Source of the DNA: an uncultured Gammaproteobacteria bacterium | GTDB taxonomy: Bacteria; Patescibacteriota; Microgenomatia; UBA8517 | NCBI GenBank assembly: GCA_964599625.1 | Contig: CAZRGC010000001.1 | Location: 115,019-179,018 of the forward strand | Direction: 5' to 3' | DNA length: 64,000 nt | Part shown: in pieces, positions 47,537-58,122 of the stretch | How positions within the stretch are numbered: the first letter of the stretch is position 1 | Layout of the letters: every line of letters begins with the position of its first letter | Translations under genes and position numbers: made by a program | Notes under the pieces: model-generated | What the model was told of the DNA's origin: nothing | What the model saw: only the letters and a program-made list of their open reading frames with translations | Databases searched by the model: none

Positions 47537-48653
47537 TTTTCCTGCCTTAGCCTTTTTTGCCTGGCTGGCAGTTGTTTTTATTGTTTTGTGTGTTGCGGTG
47601 GGCTTATTGGAACCTCAAACCAATTTTTTGGGTGGCGGACTGCAAAATTATTCAAATAATCCCGTTCTGTTTGCTTTCGGAAATTTTGATGGCGAACATT
47701 ATGTGTCTATATCTCAAAACGGATACGGTTATGGCGAAAGAGCATTTTTTCCACTCTATCCTGGAATTTTGAATTTTGCCACAAAAATATTTGGGTTAAA
47801 TACTAGTGGGACGTATTTTGCCGGAATTGCGGTTTCTTTGGTTGCTTTTTACTTTGCCTTGCAGGGTTTATATAAATTAGTAAAATTGGATTATTCAGAA
47901 AAAACTGCCAGGCTTGCTTTGACTTTTCTCTTACTTTTTCCGACCTCTTTTTATTTTGCGGCAGTTTATACGGAAAGTTTATTCTTATTTTTTCTTGTCT
48001 GGTCGGTTTACTTTTTGAGAACCGGAAAGGTTCTCTTGGCTTTGGTTTTTGGCACACTACTGACAGCTACACGTTTTGTTGGCATCCTGATTGTGCCTGT
48101 ATTTTTAGTGGAATTACTTTTAAAAGACGGCAAAGTTTTTGCCAAACATATCCCGGTTTTGGCTGTTCTACCTGCTGGGCTTGTTTCTTATATGATTTAT
48201 CTTAAAAAAACAGTAAACGACTATTTTGCTTTTTACACCAGCCTTTCAACATTTGGGGAACAGCGTTCAGGACACCCCATTGTTCTTCCGCAGGTTTTTT
48301 ACCGTTATGTTTTCAAAATTCTGCCAGGAATGCATACAAATTTTTTCCCGGTGCTTTTTACCACATGGCTTGAGTTTTTGGTGGGGGTTATATATTTTCC
48401 AATATCATTGCTATTATTTGTCAAAACAAGGTTGTCATATGCCATTCTTGTCTTTTTGGGTTACATAATACCCACAATGTCAGGCAGCTTCTCTTCACTG
48501 CCCAGATATGTGCTGGTTCTTTTCCCTGTCTATATAGTCTTTGCAGACTACATGGTAAACAGGAAGAAGATGTCTTTTGCATTTAGTTTGATTTCATTTA
48601 TACTTCTAGTAATTTCTTTTGCCCTGTTTTCGAGGGGATACTGGGTTTCTTAA
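47499..48653 (+). CDS. Polytopic membrane protein, GT-C-like (PIG-V/GT87-like mannosyltransferase candidate)
   Basis: About 10 TM helices. The ATG at 47499 is preferred over the GTG at 47451. Confidence 0.5.
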   Translation: MKRKKFTKKYWFNFPALAFFAWLAVVFIVLCVAVGLLEPQTNFLGGGLQNYSNNPVLFAFGNFDGEHYVSISQNGYGYGERAFFPLYPGILNFATKIFGLNTSGTYFAGIAVSLVAFYFALQGLYKLVKLDYSEKTARLALTFLLLFPTSFYFAAVYTESLFLFFLVWSVYFLRTGKVLLALVFGTLLTATRFVGILIVPVFLVELLLKDGKVFAKHIPVLAVLPAGLVSYMIYLKKTVNDYFAFYTSLSTFGEQRSGHPIVLPQVFYRYVFKILPGMHTNFFPVLFTTWLEFLVGVIYFPISLLLFVKTRLSYAILVFLGYIIPTMSGSFSSLPRYVLVLFPVYIVFADYMVNRKKMSFAFSLISFILLVISFALFSRGYWVS

Positions 48654-48654
48654 T

Positions 48655-49587
48655 ATGAATAATCGATTTTGGTCCAAAAAAACTGTTCTTGTTACTGGTG
48701 GCGCTGGATTTTTGGGTACGAAACTAGTCGATAAACTCCAAAAATTAGGAACAAAAAAAATAATAGTTCCAAGATATCCGGAATATGATTTGAGAAAATT
48801 TGATGATTGTTTAAAAATAACCAAGAAAGTAGATTTGGTGATTCATTTGGCAGCCAATGTTGGAGGTATAGGCTACAACAGGGACTTTCCCGGAACTTTG
48901 TTTGACGACAATATACTTATGGGTACTTTTATGATGATGGCTGCCAGGCAGAATAAGGTAAAGAAATATGTCGCGTTGGGTACTATTTGTGCTTATCCAA
49001 AATTTACTCGCGTGCCCTTTAAAGAAACTGATTTGTGGCAAGGTTACCCTGAGGAGACAAACGCACCATACGGTTTAGCCAAAAAAATGCAGCTAGTTCA
49101 GTCAAAGGCCTACAGGGACCAATTTGGTTTTAACTCAATATTTTTATTACCAGTGAACCTTTACGGGCCCGGAGACAACTTTGATCCCAAGTCTTCACAT
49201 GTAATACCAGCCCTCATAAAAAAGTTCGTCGATGCGAACAAAGACAAAAAGCCCCAAGTGGAGGTGTGGGGTAGCGGTAGGGCGTCTAGGGAGTTTTTGT
49301 ACGTGGAAGACGCGGCCGAAGGTATAATTTTGGCCGCTGAAAAATACAACAAAGAAGGGCCTGTAAATATTGGATCTGGTATGGAGATTACTATCAGAGA
49401 CCTTGTCAAAAAAATTAAAAAACTTACCGGTTATAATGGCAAAGTAGTATGGGACAAAACCAAACCGGACGGGCAGCCAAGGCGTATGCTTGATATTTCT
49501 GTTGCCAAAAAAGAATTTGGGTTTCAAGCCAGGACCAATTTTGACGAGGGACTTCAAAAAACAATAGATTGGTACAAAACTCAATGA
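48655..49587 (+). CDS. fcl: GDP-L-fucose synthase (GDP-4-keto-6-deoxymannose 3,5-epimerase/4-reductase)
   Basis: [47 protein letters not shown] and [16 protein letters not shown] motifs. Confidence 0.8.
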   Translation: MNNRFWSKKTVLVTGGAGFLGTKLVDKLQKLGTKKIIVPRYPEYDLRKFDDCLKITKKVDLVIHLAANVGGIGYNRDFPGTLFDDNILMGTFMMMAARQNKVKKYVALGTICAYPKFTRVPFKETDLWQGYPEETNAPYGLAKKMQLVQSKAYRDQFGFNSIFLLPVNLYGPGDNFDPKSSHVIPALIKKFVDANKDKKPQVEVWGSGRASREFLYVEDAAEGIILAAEKYNKEGPVNIGSGMEITIRDLVKKIKKLTGYNGKVVWDKTKPDGQPRRMLDISVAKKEFGFQARTNFDEGLQKTIDWYKTQ

Positions 49588-50243
49588 GAATTTGTGTTGT
49601 CATTCCTTTTTATAACGAAAAAACACACATTGCTTCGGTTATAGAAAGTGTTATTAAAAAAGGAAATAAAGTAATTGTCGTTGACGACGGGTCCGGCGAC
49701 GGTGGCATGGGTACAATCCGAAACAGCAGAAATTTGGTTAAGTTAACGCACAAAATAAATTTAGGTAAGGGCGCTGCCATGAAAACAGGGGCTGAATTTG
49801 CTTTTTCCAACGGTTTCGACGCGGTTGTCTTTATGGACGGAGACGGACAACATAATCCCGATGACCTGAGTAAGTTTGTAGATCTGCTTACCTCAGGATA
49901 CGATTTTGTTTTGGGGTCCAGAAATCTGAGCTTCGGGGTACCTTTTGTGAGATTTGCAGGGAATAAGTTTGCGTCGGCTGTTATATCTATACTTTTCGGA
50001 ATTTATGTATCAGACAGCATATGCGGGTTCAGAGGTATGACCAAAAAAGCTTACTCAAAAATCAAATGGCAGTCCCGGGGCTATGGAGTGGAGGTGGAAA
50101 TGGTAATACGCGCAGGAAAAAGCGGCCTCAAATATACCGAAGTGCCTGTGGAAACGAAATATATAAATGCTGTTAAGGGTGTCACGGCCCTTGATGCCAT
50201 GGGTGTCTTTTGGGAAATACTTATGTGGAGAATTAGGCTTTAG
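49584..50243 (+). CDS. GT2 polyprenol-phosphate glycosyltransferase (Dpm1-like)
   Basis: [19 protein letters not shown] and FMDGDGQH motifs. ATGA overlap with fcl. Confidence 0.8.
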   Translation: MRICVVIPFYNEKTHIASVIESVIKKGNKVIVVDDGSGDGGMGTIRNSRNLVKLTHKINLGKGAAMKTGAEFAFSNGFDAVVFMDGDGQHNPDDLSKFVDLLTSGYDFVLGSRNLSFGVPFVRFAGNKFASAVISILFGIYVSDSICGFRGMTKKAYSKIKWQSRGYGVEVEMVIRAGKSGLKYTEVPVETKYINAVKGVTALDAMGVFWEILMWRIRL

Positions 50244-50297
50244 ACAGTTTGGCAGTGCATTCGTGGCTTCTGAGCTGTAAAATAAGAATTACAATAT

Positions 50298-50624
50298 ATG
50301 ATAATTGGGATTCAAATAATTGGAATACTTTTTAGCTTTTCAATGGTCTACTTTGCTGTACTTCACTACAAACGAGCAGAGATCAACAAGAGTGAAATAA
50401 TATCTTGGTTGGCAATATGGACTTTCGCTTTGGTTATCATTACTTTTCCTGAGTTTTTGAGATCTTTTTCCAACGCATTTTTGGTTACAAGGGTTTTTGA
50501 TTTGATGGTGATTGGTGGTTTTGTTTTAACAATATCCCTTGTGGGGAGTGCCTATATCAGGACGAAAAGAGTTGAAAAGAAAATTGAGGATATGATTCGA
50601 AAGGATGCACTTAGAAAAAAGTAG
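50298..50624 (+). CDS. DUF2304-like small membrane protein (frequent partner of Dpm1-like GT2 genes)
   Basis: 108 aa with 3 TM helices and a charged C-terminal tail, directly downstream of a Dpm1-like GT2. Confidence 0.55.
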   Translation: MIIGIQIIGILFSFSMVYFAVLHYKRAEINKSEIISWLAIWTFALVIITFPEFLRSFSNAFLVTRVFDLMVIGGFVLTISLVGSAYIRTKRVEKKIEDMIRKDALRKK

Positions 50625-50635
50625 GCGCTTCACAA

Positions 50636-51406
50636 ATGGCAAATCCCAAAATATCAATTGTTGTACCATCATTCAATAAAGGAAAGTATATAGAAGAAAC
50701 ACTCAAATCCATATTCTCACAATCGTACGACAACTTTGAAGTGGTTGTTATGGATGGTGGGTCCGAAGATGAAACGCTGCAGATCGTAAAAAAATATGTA
50801 AATAAATTTCCCGAAAAAATATACTTTGAATCAAAGAAGGACGACGGGCAACTTTCGGCAATAAATAGTGGAATTAAAAAGACCTCGGGCGACATCGTTA
50901 CATTTATAAATGCGGATGATTTGTACCTGCCTGACGCCTTTCAAAAGGTTGCACATGCGTTTAGTCAAGATTATAACTGGTATGCTGGTGGTGGAGTTGT
51001 TTTCGCAGAAAAGCATAGCCTAATACTTGATTTAACAACATTGGTCAAAAACATTCTTCTTGGCCTCAACAACTTCAATATGCTACTCGTGGTTAATTAT
51101 TTGATGCAACCATCTGTTTTTATTTCAAAAAAGGCAGTCAATAAATTTGGGATGTTTTCTGGCAACAGAAGTTTTGTTATGGAATACGATATGTGGTTAA
51201 GACTCGGTCGTGAATCAATGCCTTTTTTGATTAAGGATAACCTTTCAGCATTTCGTATTTCCCCGGGTTCAATAACTTCCAATATGCCGCAAAAATTATT
51301 GGAGGAAGATGAAAAGATTGTAACACGGTTTACTAATAATCAATTTATTGTGTTGATACATAAAGTTGTAAATAGTTTTAGAAAACTTATTATTCAGATA
51401 ATCTGA
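50636..51406 (+). CDS. GT2 glycosyltransferase
   Basis: ISIVVPSFNKG, VMDGGSEDET and INADDL motifs. Confidence 0.8.
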   Translation: MANPKISIVVPSFNKGKYIEETLKSIFSQSYDNFEVVVMDGGSEDETLQIVKKYVNKFPEKIYFESKKDDGQLSAINSGIKKTSGDIVTFINADDLYLPDAFQKVAHAFSQDYNWYAGGGVVFAEKHSLILDLTTLVKNILLGLNNFNMLLVVNYLMQPSVFISKKAVNKFGMFSGNRSFVMEYDMWLRLGRESMPFLIKDNLSAFRISPGSITSNMPQKLLEEDEKIVTRFTNNQFIVLIHKVVNSFRKLIIQII

Positions 51407-51421
51407 TCTAGCTACTACCAT

Positions 51422-52867
51422 ATGAAACTGTTTGTTCAAAAAAACAAGCCACTTCTATTAATTTTTATTGTTTCTTTTCTTATTTACTCACCATCACTTT
51501 TTGGGTTTTATACAAACGACGATTTTTATCATTTAAAAATCTCACATGCTACAAATATTTTTGAATTTTTAGACTTTTTTAATTTACTTAAAAGTTCAGG
51601 TGGACAGCTTTTGTACAGACCGCTGACGACACATGTGTTCTATTTCTTGGGCTGGTCTTTGTTTAACCTGAATCCGTTTGGATTGCATCTGGTTTCGTTT
51701 GCACTTTTTTTCATAACAATTTTTTTTGTAGAAAAACTTGCCTTTGAGATTAAATCCAATAAAACGATATCACTTTTAACAGCTTTTTTGTATGCAACAT
51801 CTGCCAGTCATTTCGGGCATTTGTATTACCTTGCCACAGAAATCGTGCTTGCTGCTGTTTTTTTTCCGGGGGTTTTTTATTTTACAAAATTTATAAGAAC
51901 TGGAAATAAAAGTTTTTTGGTTTGGTCAATACTTTTTTACTTTTTATCAATTTTGGCAAAAGAAAACGCCTTGGTAATGCCTGGAATATTTATACTTCAC
52001 TATTTTTTTCTAAAAGCCGTAAAAGTAAGACTTGCTACATTTGCAGTTATAATTTTTAACTTAGGAGTTTTTAGCCTAATCTACTTATATCTGCACTTTT
52101 TTAAATACGGAGTTGTTAGCGGTGAAGGTTATACATTTGACTTCTCACTCACTCGGACAATGAATACAATCGCATGGTACCTTTTTTGGTCGTTTAACAC
52201 TCCCGAAATGTTTTTGGACTTTGTTGGTCCTGGGTTGAGAGTAAATCCAAATTTGCTTTTATATTGGGGATATTATACAAAAGCAATCGTTACGGTATTT
52301 GGCGTGCTTATATTAATCGTTGGCTTGCAGGCTTTTCAACATTTCAAAAAAAAGTTGGATATTCGATATTTGATTATTGGTTTAGGTTGGTTTTTTATAA
52401 CACTTTTACCTATCGTTTTTCTTCCCGATCACAAATTCACCTTTTACCTCACACTGCCGCTTTTTGGTATTGTTTTTATTCTTGCGGAAATATTCACACA
52501 CGCAAAATTAGGACTTTTGATTACGATCATGCTCCTGTGGATTGTTGGTTCGTGTGCAACGTTAAGTCTTACATATAAAACAAATTGGATTACCCAGGGT
52601 CAAAAAATAGCCCAAAGAGTTGACAGGTATTTAAGCTTGCACTCTTCCGAAATGACAAATAAAAAGATAGCATTTGTGGACACTCCCGAAGACGAAAATC
52701 TACCTTGGTCTCCCACACAGGTAGTCAAGGTAACATTGTCTGATAAAAACTATTTTGAAGTCTTCCACCCGGGATTGACGGCAAATGTTTACTATGTTGG
52801 CGCTGGAAATTTACACGAAGAACAGGGTTTGTATAAAATTAGCTCCCGAATGTTTTTAGGTTATTAA
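51422..52867 (+). CDS. Polytopic membrane protein, GT-C-like candidate
   Basis: FYTNDDFYH loop after the first TM helix, followed by about 11 TM helices. Confidence 0.5.
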   Translation: MKLFVQKNKPLLLIFIVSFLIYSPSLFGFYTNDDFYHLKISHATNIFEFLDFFNLLKSSGGQLLYRPLTTHVFYFLGWSLFNLNPFGLHLVSFALFFITIFFVEKLAFEIKSNKTISLLTAFLYATSASHFGHLYYLATEIVLAAVFFPGVFYFTKFIRTGNKSFLVWSILFYFLSILAKENALVMPGIFILHYFFLKAVKVRLATFAVIIFNLGVFSLIYLYLHFFKYGVVSGEGYTFDFSLTRTMNTIAWYLFWSFNTPEMFLDFVGPGLRVNPNLLLYWGYYTKAIVTVFGVLILIVGLQAFQHFKKKLDIRYLIIGLGWFFITLLPIVFLPDHKFTFYLTLPLFGIVFILAEIFTHAKLGLLITIMLLWIVGSCATLSLTYKTNWITQGQKIAQRVDRYLSLHSSEMTNKKIAFVDTPEDENLPWSPTQVVKVTLSDKNYFEVFHPGLTANVYYVGAGNLHEEQGLYKISSRMFLGY

Positions 52868-52869
52868 TT

Positions 52870-53523
52870 ATGTCACATGTCAAGAAACATTTTGACTCAA
52901 TTTCCAAAGTTTACGATAATTACAAAAAGAAAAATAGTTATTACTACGACAACCTCAAAAACCTTTTAAAAAGTCTTATACCTAAAGAAGCAAAAGTTTT
53001 GGAAATCGGATGTGGGACAGGAGACATTTTGACGTCGCTCTTGCCCAAAAAAGGTTATGGAATGGATATAAGCTCCAAAATGATCGCAATAGCAAAGCAT
53101 AAGCATAAAAAATCAAAAAACCTTCGTTTTTCGACTGAATATCCCCGGGAAAAATATGACTATATATTCATGACCGATGTAATAGAGCATTTGGAAAATC
53201 CGGAGACGGTATTTAAAAAGATATCAACTCTAATGCATAGCAAGTCAATTTTTGTCAACACAATGGCAAATCCGATTTGGGAACCACTTTTAATGTTTTG
53301 GGAAAAGATGGGGTGGAAAATGCCGGAAGGTCCACACAAACGCCTGACATATGACCAAATAATTCCACTGCTTAACAACGCAGGTATGACAGTTACAAAA
53401 CATGGTTTCTTTTTGCTGCTTCCTGTTTACATCCCAAAGATATCGAAAGTTGTTAATTCTTACTTACTCAGATTTTTCGAAAGGTTTGCGTTTATAGAAT
53501 ATTTAGTGGCAGCTAAGACTTAA
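52870..53523 (+). CDS. Class I SAM-dependent methyltransferase
   Basis: VLEIGCGTGD (motif I) and YDYIFMTDVIEHL. Confidence 0.75.
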   Translation: MSHVKKHFDSISKVYDNYKKKNSYYYDNLKNLLKSLIPKEAKVLEIGCGTGDILTSLLPKKGYGMDISSKMIAIAKHKHKKSKNLRFSTEYPREKYDYIFMTDVIEHLENPETVFKKISTLMHSKSIFVNTMANPIWEPLLMFWEKMGWKMPEGPHKRLTYDQIIPLLNNAGMTVTKHGFFLLLPVYIPKISKVVNSYLLRFFERFAFIEYLVAAKT

Positions 53524-54637
53524 ACTCAAAGTAGGCCCTAACTAGCATTTTTGCTAACAAAAGACCATGATAAAAACGATTTATGTTGGTTGAACCATAT
53601 ATGCGCTCTTTGTAGTGAACGGGAATTTCTACTATTTTCTTTTTTTGCTTAATAGCCATAAAAATTAATGCGAAGTCTCCAAATGGGTCGGAGGCAAGAT
53701 AATTTACGATATCCTTCTTGTATTTAATGAAATCCTTTCTGAAAATGGCTTTTGTTCCACACAAAGTGTCCTTAAATCTGGTTTTTAATATTTTGCTAAA
53801 CGCAAACCCAAAAAAAATATTTGCAATTTTGTTAAGTGTTCGCATTGCGTCTTTTTTCATTGGGTATATCAATCTGCAACCATTAGCAAATTCAGCACTC
53901 CCTGATGCTAAGACTTTATAAAACTTAGGAAGATCTGTGGAGTCCACAGTCCTGTCGGCGTCGTAAATCATCAAAATGTCACCCTTTGCTTTTTCGAAAC
54001 CAAGCAAAACCGCATCTGCTTTACCTGATCCGGATTGTTTGAAGGCTTTTACATTTTTATGTTTTTTTGTTTCTGCTATTATTTTGTTCCAGGTTTTGTC
54101 CTTAGACCCGCCTTCTATGAAAATTATTTCCTGTGATTTTCCAAATTTTGGAATACCGTTAACTATTTTCGGAATGTTCCCTTGTTCGTTTCTTGCCGGA
54201 ATTACTATTGACACACTGATCTTGTTTAAAGAACGCTGGTTAACAGGCTTCGCAACTACAAAAATATATAAGCCTAATAGTCTGCTTTTTGTTTCTACAA
54301 CTTCGAAGCCGGAAAGTCTTAGGAAGTTTTCCAGATCGCTTATGTCTATCCAATTTTTCAATGTATTTTTTTTACTTCCGGTTACCAGAAAATGCTGCTT
54401 AAGGTCGATCAACCATTCCCAGAACGGACTTCTGTAATAAATACTGACCCTATCCTTTTTTGATAAATTAAGTCTGAGCTTTTCAAAAAAAAGCTGCACG
54501 TCTGTTGAATTGTAAAGAACAGTCTCTGTAATAGTTGTGGTGCCATAAGTGTGAGCAATACTTAATCCGTTGTGGTATGCTTCACTTGATTTGTTTCTGG
54601 ATGGCTTGGTTGGTGTTTTGGTTTTAATCTTGATCAT
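53513..54637 (-). CDS. GT2 polyprenol-phosphate glycosyltransferase (Dpm1-like) with an N-terminal extension of about 130 aa
   Basis: VSIVIPARNEQ, EIIFIEGGSKDKT and IYDADRTVD motifs, preceded by an unassigned domain of about 130 aa. Confidence 0.75.
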   Translation of the reverse strand: MIKIKTKTPTKPSRNKSSEAYHNGLSIAHTYGTTTITETVLYNSTDVQLFFEKLRLNLSKKDRVSIYYRSPFWEWLIDLKQHFLVTGSKKNTLKNWIDISDLENFLRLSGFEVVETKSRLLGLYIFVVAKPVNQRSLNKISVSIVIPARNEQGNIPKIVNGIPKFGKSQEIIFIEGGSKDKTWNKIIAETKKHKNVKAFKQSGSGKADAVLLGFEKAKGDILMIYDADRTVDSTDLPKFYKVLASGSAEFANGCRLIYPMKKDAMRTLNKIANIFFGFAFSKILKTRFKDTLCGTKAIFRKDFIKYKKDIVNYLASDPFGDFALIFMAIKQKKKIVEIPVHYKERIYGSTNINRFYHGLLLAKMLVRAYFEFKS

Positions 54638-54694
54638 AATAAACTATTAATTCCAAGCAATTATAATCGAATCGTTAACTAAAACAACGAATTT

Positions 54695-55720
54695 ATGGAA
54701 AAGATACTTAGATTAAATTATTACTTGTTTCCGTTTGTCACAATAATGAGTCTGTCATTTTTGTTTGTAGAATCTGTAACTTATTCCGGATTCTTGTCCC
54801 AGTATCTTATTCTTAATGCAAAAGCCTTTATGTTTTTAGACCTTTTATCCGGTATCTTATTGGTGTTTCCGGGTAATAAACTTAAATACAAAAAAGAAGG
54901 ACAAATCAACTCCTTGTGTAAGTTTCTTTTTCAGTTGAATTATTTAATAACGCCTGTGCTTTGTGTTTTTTATTATCTGATGATATCTGCTGAAGCAACA
55001 AACTATTCAAACTATGTTTTTTCTACTTTCCACGTAATACCTGATAATTTTATTTACTTCGCATTTTTAAGCGTGTGTGTATCAATTTTTGGAATATTTT
55101 TTGAAGGAAATTTTCTTGGACTGACGTTAAGTGTTTTACCAATGTCGAAAGGGAGAGGTGGAAAATTAGAAGCCGTTAGGGAATTTTCTGCTTTGTTGAT
55201 ATTTTTGTCGGTATTTCTTCTGACTGCTTGGAATGGAATCGGAACAATGAAAATTGTAATTAAGAATAACATTTTCATTTTTAGAAACCTTGGTTACACA
55301 TACGACCAGAAAATGCTAACTAGTTGGAATGACTTGTATAGATATCTTCAGCTAGTAAAAAGAGTGACCCCTGAAAATTCAGTTATAAAAATACCACCAT
55401 CCGTTAGGCCGTGGCTTTCTGAAGGCAACAGTGTTTTGGTCAGGTATTTTCTTTACCCAAGAAAACTCATCTCTCCCGACGAGCCTGAGTCTCAAAAATT
55501 AGACCCGGACTACTTTTTTGTAGCCAAAGGTCTGTGGAAGGTTTCCGACCCTTCCGAGTATGGGTGGCCAAGGGAGGACGTTGATGCAGAAAGAATTTAC
55601 TACTTCGATCTTGAGTCCGGGAAGATTTCGGAAGAAAACAAAAAATTTTTTGCTTCTGATCCTAAAAATAAAAACTCTTGGGGTCTTATTAAAGTATCTA
55701 AACATGGCAACTATCTTTGA
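54695..55720 (+). CDS. Membrane protein (N-terminal 5-6 TM helices plus a soluble C-terminal domain), hypothetical
   Basis: 341-aa ORF with clear hydrophobic helices. Confidence 0.45.
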   Translation: MEKILRLNYYLFPFVTIMSLSFLFVESVTYSGFLSQYLILNAKAFMFLDLLSGILLVFPGNKLKYKKEGQINSLCKFLFQLNYLITPVLCVFYYLMISAEATNYSNYVFSTFHVIPDNFIYFAFLSVCVSIFGIFFEGNFLGLTLSVLPMSKGRGGKLEAVREFSALLIFLSVFLLTAWNGIGTMKIVIKNNIFIFRNLGYTYDQKMLTSWNDLYRYLQLVKRVTPENSVIKIPPSVRPWLSEGNSVLVRYFLYPRKLISPDEPESQKLDPDYFFVAKGLWKVSDPSEYGWPREDVDAERIYYFDLESGKISEENKKFFASDPKNKNSWGLIKVSKHGNYL

Positions 55721-57032
55721 ACTCATTATTTTTTTGTCGGCAGTTACGCTTTTTGGTGTTCTACTTGTTAGATCTATCGGACCCAAGCAATCGCCCCTTG
55801 AAGCTATAAGTTACGGTTTTTTGATAGGAATATGTAGTTTCACATTGATAATGTTTGCATTTAATACATTTGGTTACTCATACACACATATTCACGTATG
55901 GATTTTGTTGACGGCTGTGATTTTTGCAACCTACATGTTGTGTCTGTTGTTGAAGAGACCTTTGGTGTTTACCAAGGTTAATTTAAAAGAACAAAAGCAC
56001 ACACCAATTGAGAGGTTAATATTCGTAGCGATAGTTATCCTGTTCATGTCATCATTGGCATACAATATTTACTGGCCCATTGCAGATTGGGATGCCCTTA
56101 CCTTGTACGATTTTAGGGCGAGGGTGTTTGCGCAGACTGGTTTTATGGAAGAGGTGTTATCCTTGCACAGGTACTATTTGGGATATCCTTTATTTACTTC
56201 TTTGGCACATACAGTAATTTACCTAATAGGTTTTTCAAACCCGCATTTTTTGTACAGTTTATTTTATGGAACTTTTTTGGTAATTTTTTATTACTCACTC
56301 CGTAAAGTTACCAGCAGGACTATCTCACTTTTTTTCACCTTTGTTTTGGCTGTTTCCACAACAATCTATTCTCACTCAACTCTTGCATACACCAACCTTC
56401 CGTACACGATATATTATTCTTTGGGGTTAATAAACGTTTATTTATGGCTTAAGACGAAAGATGTCGGTTGTTTGGCAGTATCCGCCCTTTTAATTGGTTT
56501 GAGCAGCTGGGTTAGAAGTTCCGAACCTTTTTGGATAGCTCCGGTTATGTTGATTTTGTATAGTTCGTTTGTGACTAAAAAATGGAAAGAGTGGTTTTTT
56601 TACATAACAACTGTCATACTTTTTAAATTTCCGTGGAATGCATATTTATCAAGTAAATTCCCGACAGAACTATCTGGCAGCTGGGTGCTTCAACAGGCTA
56701 TAAATCTTGATTTAATTGTATTTAGATTCATTGAGGTCCTGGTATATTTTTACAAAAATGTTTTAGTAAAAGATGTATTGATATATTTGATTTTGTTTTT
56801 GAGTCTATTTTTAATAAAAGGACAAAACAAACCCACAAAGTTCTTTGCATTTACAATAATTTTTAATTTGTTAACGGTGTTTGGTGGAATTTACATATAC
56901 AGTTTTGTTTACACCAAGTGGGTAGTTGTGGGTGATTCGGTGTCAAGAATGTCTATGATTTTTGCTCCACTGGTAATCTATCTTTCTGCACTCGTAGCAC
57001 AAAAAACAATTCTGCCACAGTTTGACAAGTAA
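55704..57032 (+). CDS. Polytopic membrane protein (candidate GT-C/polymerase), hypothetical
   Basis: About 12 TM helices. The ATG at 55704 (MATIFEL...) overlaps the upstream gene by 17 nt. Confidence 0.5.
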   Translation: MATIFELIIFLSAVTLFGVLLVRSIGPKQSPLEAISYGFLIGICSFTLIMFAFNTFGYSYTHIHVWILLTAVIFATYMLCLLLKRPLVFTKVNLKEQKHTPIERLIFVAIVILFMSSLAYNIYWPIADWDALTLYDFRARVFAQTGFMEEVLSLHRYYLGYPLFTSLAHTVIYLIGFSNPHFLYSLFYGTFLVIFYYSLRKVTSRTISLFFTFVLAVSTTIYSHSTLAYTNLPYTIYYSLGLINVYLWLKTKDVGCLAVSALLIGLSSWVRSSEPFWIAPVMLILYSSFVTKKWKEWFFYITTVILFKFPWNAYLSSKFPTELSGSWVLQQAINLDLIVFRFIEVLVYFYKNVLVKDVLIYLILFLSLFLIKGQNKPTKFFAFTIIFNLLTVFGGIYIYSFVYTKWVVVGDSVSRMSMIFAPLVIYLSALVAQKTILPQFDK

Positions 57033-57036
57033 TAAT

Positions 57037-58122
57037 ATGGCAAATACACTCTTTGTTGGTTTTGGTCTTTCCAAATTGCGTTTGGAGGCAGTTTCGAAAA
57101 ACACTTTGCACCTTGTTGGCGTGTCGGGAAAAAGAAATAAATCAAGTATCTACAATATAGGTTACGATGCAAAAAAACCTAAAAAGGGAATGTTTTTGAT
57201 GTTTTCGGCGGTTTTGAGCTCCGGAAAAATACAAAAAGAGATAATTAGGATTGCAAAAAAGAAAAAAGTTACTCATATATATGATACTTTTGTTTTACCG
57301 GGTGCTTCGCTAATTTTTACCGTACCGTTAATAGCGGCGCTTCCTGACGTAAAATTTATAAAAGAAATACACAACAGTCATGGATTTTCAAGATCTTTTG
57401 GTGCCGAAAGCTTTATCAGATTTTTTTTGAACACAAAAAAGCAGATTGAGATAGTAAGAAAAAAATTTGACATAATTGTCTCCAGAAATAAATACTTGTC
57501 GACTAAATATAACGGTTTGTTTTTGCCGCCAGTTGTCCGTGTTATACACAAAAAAAGACCCAAACCCAAAGACAAAAAGATACGAGTGTGCTTTTTAGGC
57601 CATCCGTTAAAAAAGAAGGGTGTAGAAACAATGATAGAACTTCTGGGTCTGTTACCAAAAAACTCAATAGACGATATAACTTTCACTTTTGCTATGAGTA
57701 ATATTGGAAACAGACTTGATATCAAAAAAAGAATAAACAAGATATCTAAAATCAAAAAAATTAGTGCACGTTGTCTGGGAAACGTAAGTCCGGAACTTTT
57801 TTTTAGGGAACAGGATGTGTTATGTCTCCCCCTGAAAGATGAGTTTAGTTCTGCTGCAAGTTTTAATACGGTATTGGAGGCCATGGAAGCTGGTTGCATG
57901 GTTCTTACAACCGCAACAAACATATCCAAAGCAATCCTTAAACACAACAAAAACGGCATTTTAGTTAAAAAGAGCCAAGCCTCAAGCATTCTTAGGGTGT
58001 TGAATAAATTAAGGGAAAATAAATTAAATATTTCTAAGATTACAGACCAAGCGCGAGCTGATATAATTGAGCACTACTCTATGAAACAACTGAGGAAAGT
58101 TATGACCCAAATATATGACTAA
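57037..58122 (+). CDS. GT4-like (GT-B fold) glycosyltransferase
   Basis: C-terminal NTVLEAMEAGCMVLTT motif. ATG at 57037. Confidence 0.65.
   Translation: MANTLFVGFGLSKLRLEAVSKNTLHLVGVSGKRNKSSIYNIGYDAKKPKKGMFLMFSAVLSSGKIQKEIIRIAKKKKVTHIYDTFVLPGASLIFTVPLIAALPDVKFIKEIHNSHGFSRSFGAESFIRFFLNTKKQIEIVRKKFDIIVSRNKYLSTKYNGLFLPPVVRVIHKKRPKPKDKKIRVCFLGHPLKKKGVETMIELLGLLPKNSIDDITFTFAMSNIGNRLDIKKRINKISKIKKISARCLGNVSPELFFREQDVLCLPLKDEFSSAASFNTVLEAMEAGCMVLTTATNISKAILKHNKNGILVKKSQASSILRVLNKLRENKLNISKITDQARADIIEHYSMKQLRKVMTQIYD

Noticed and set aside
53976-54437. 153-aa plus-strand ORF
   Set aside because: It is antisense to the GT2 gene at 53513-54637, which has clear motifs.
57378-57989. 203-aa minus-strand ORF
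   Set aside because: It is antisense to the GT4 gene at 57037-58122.
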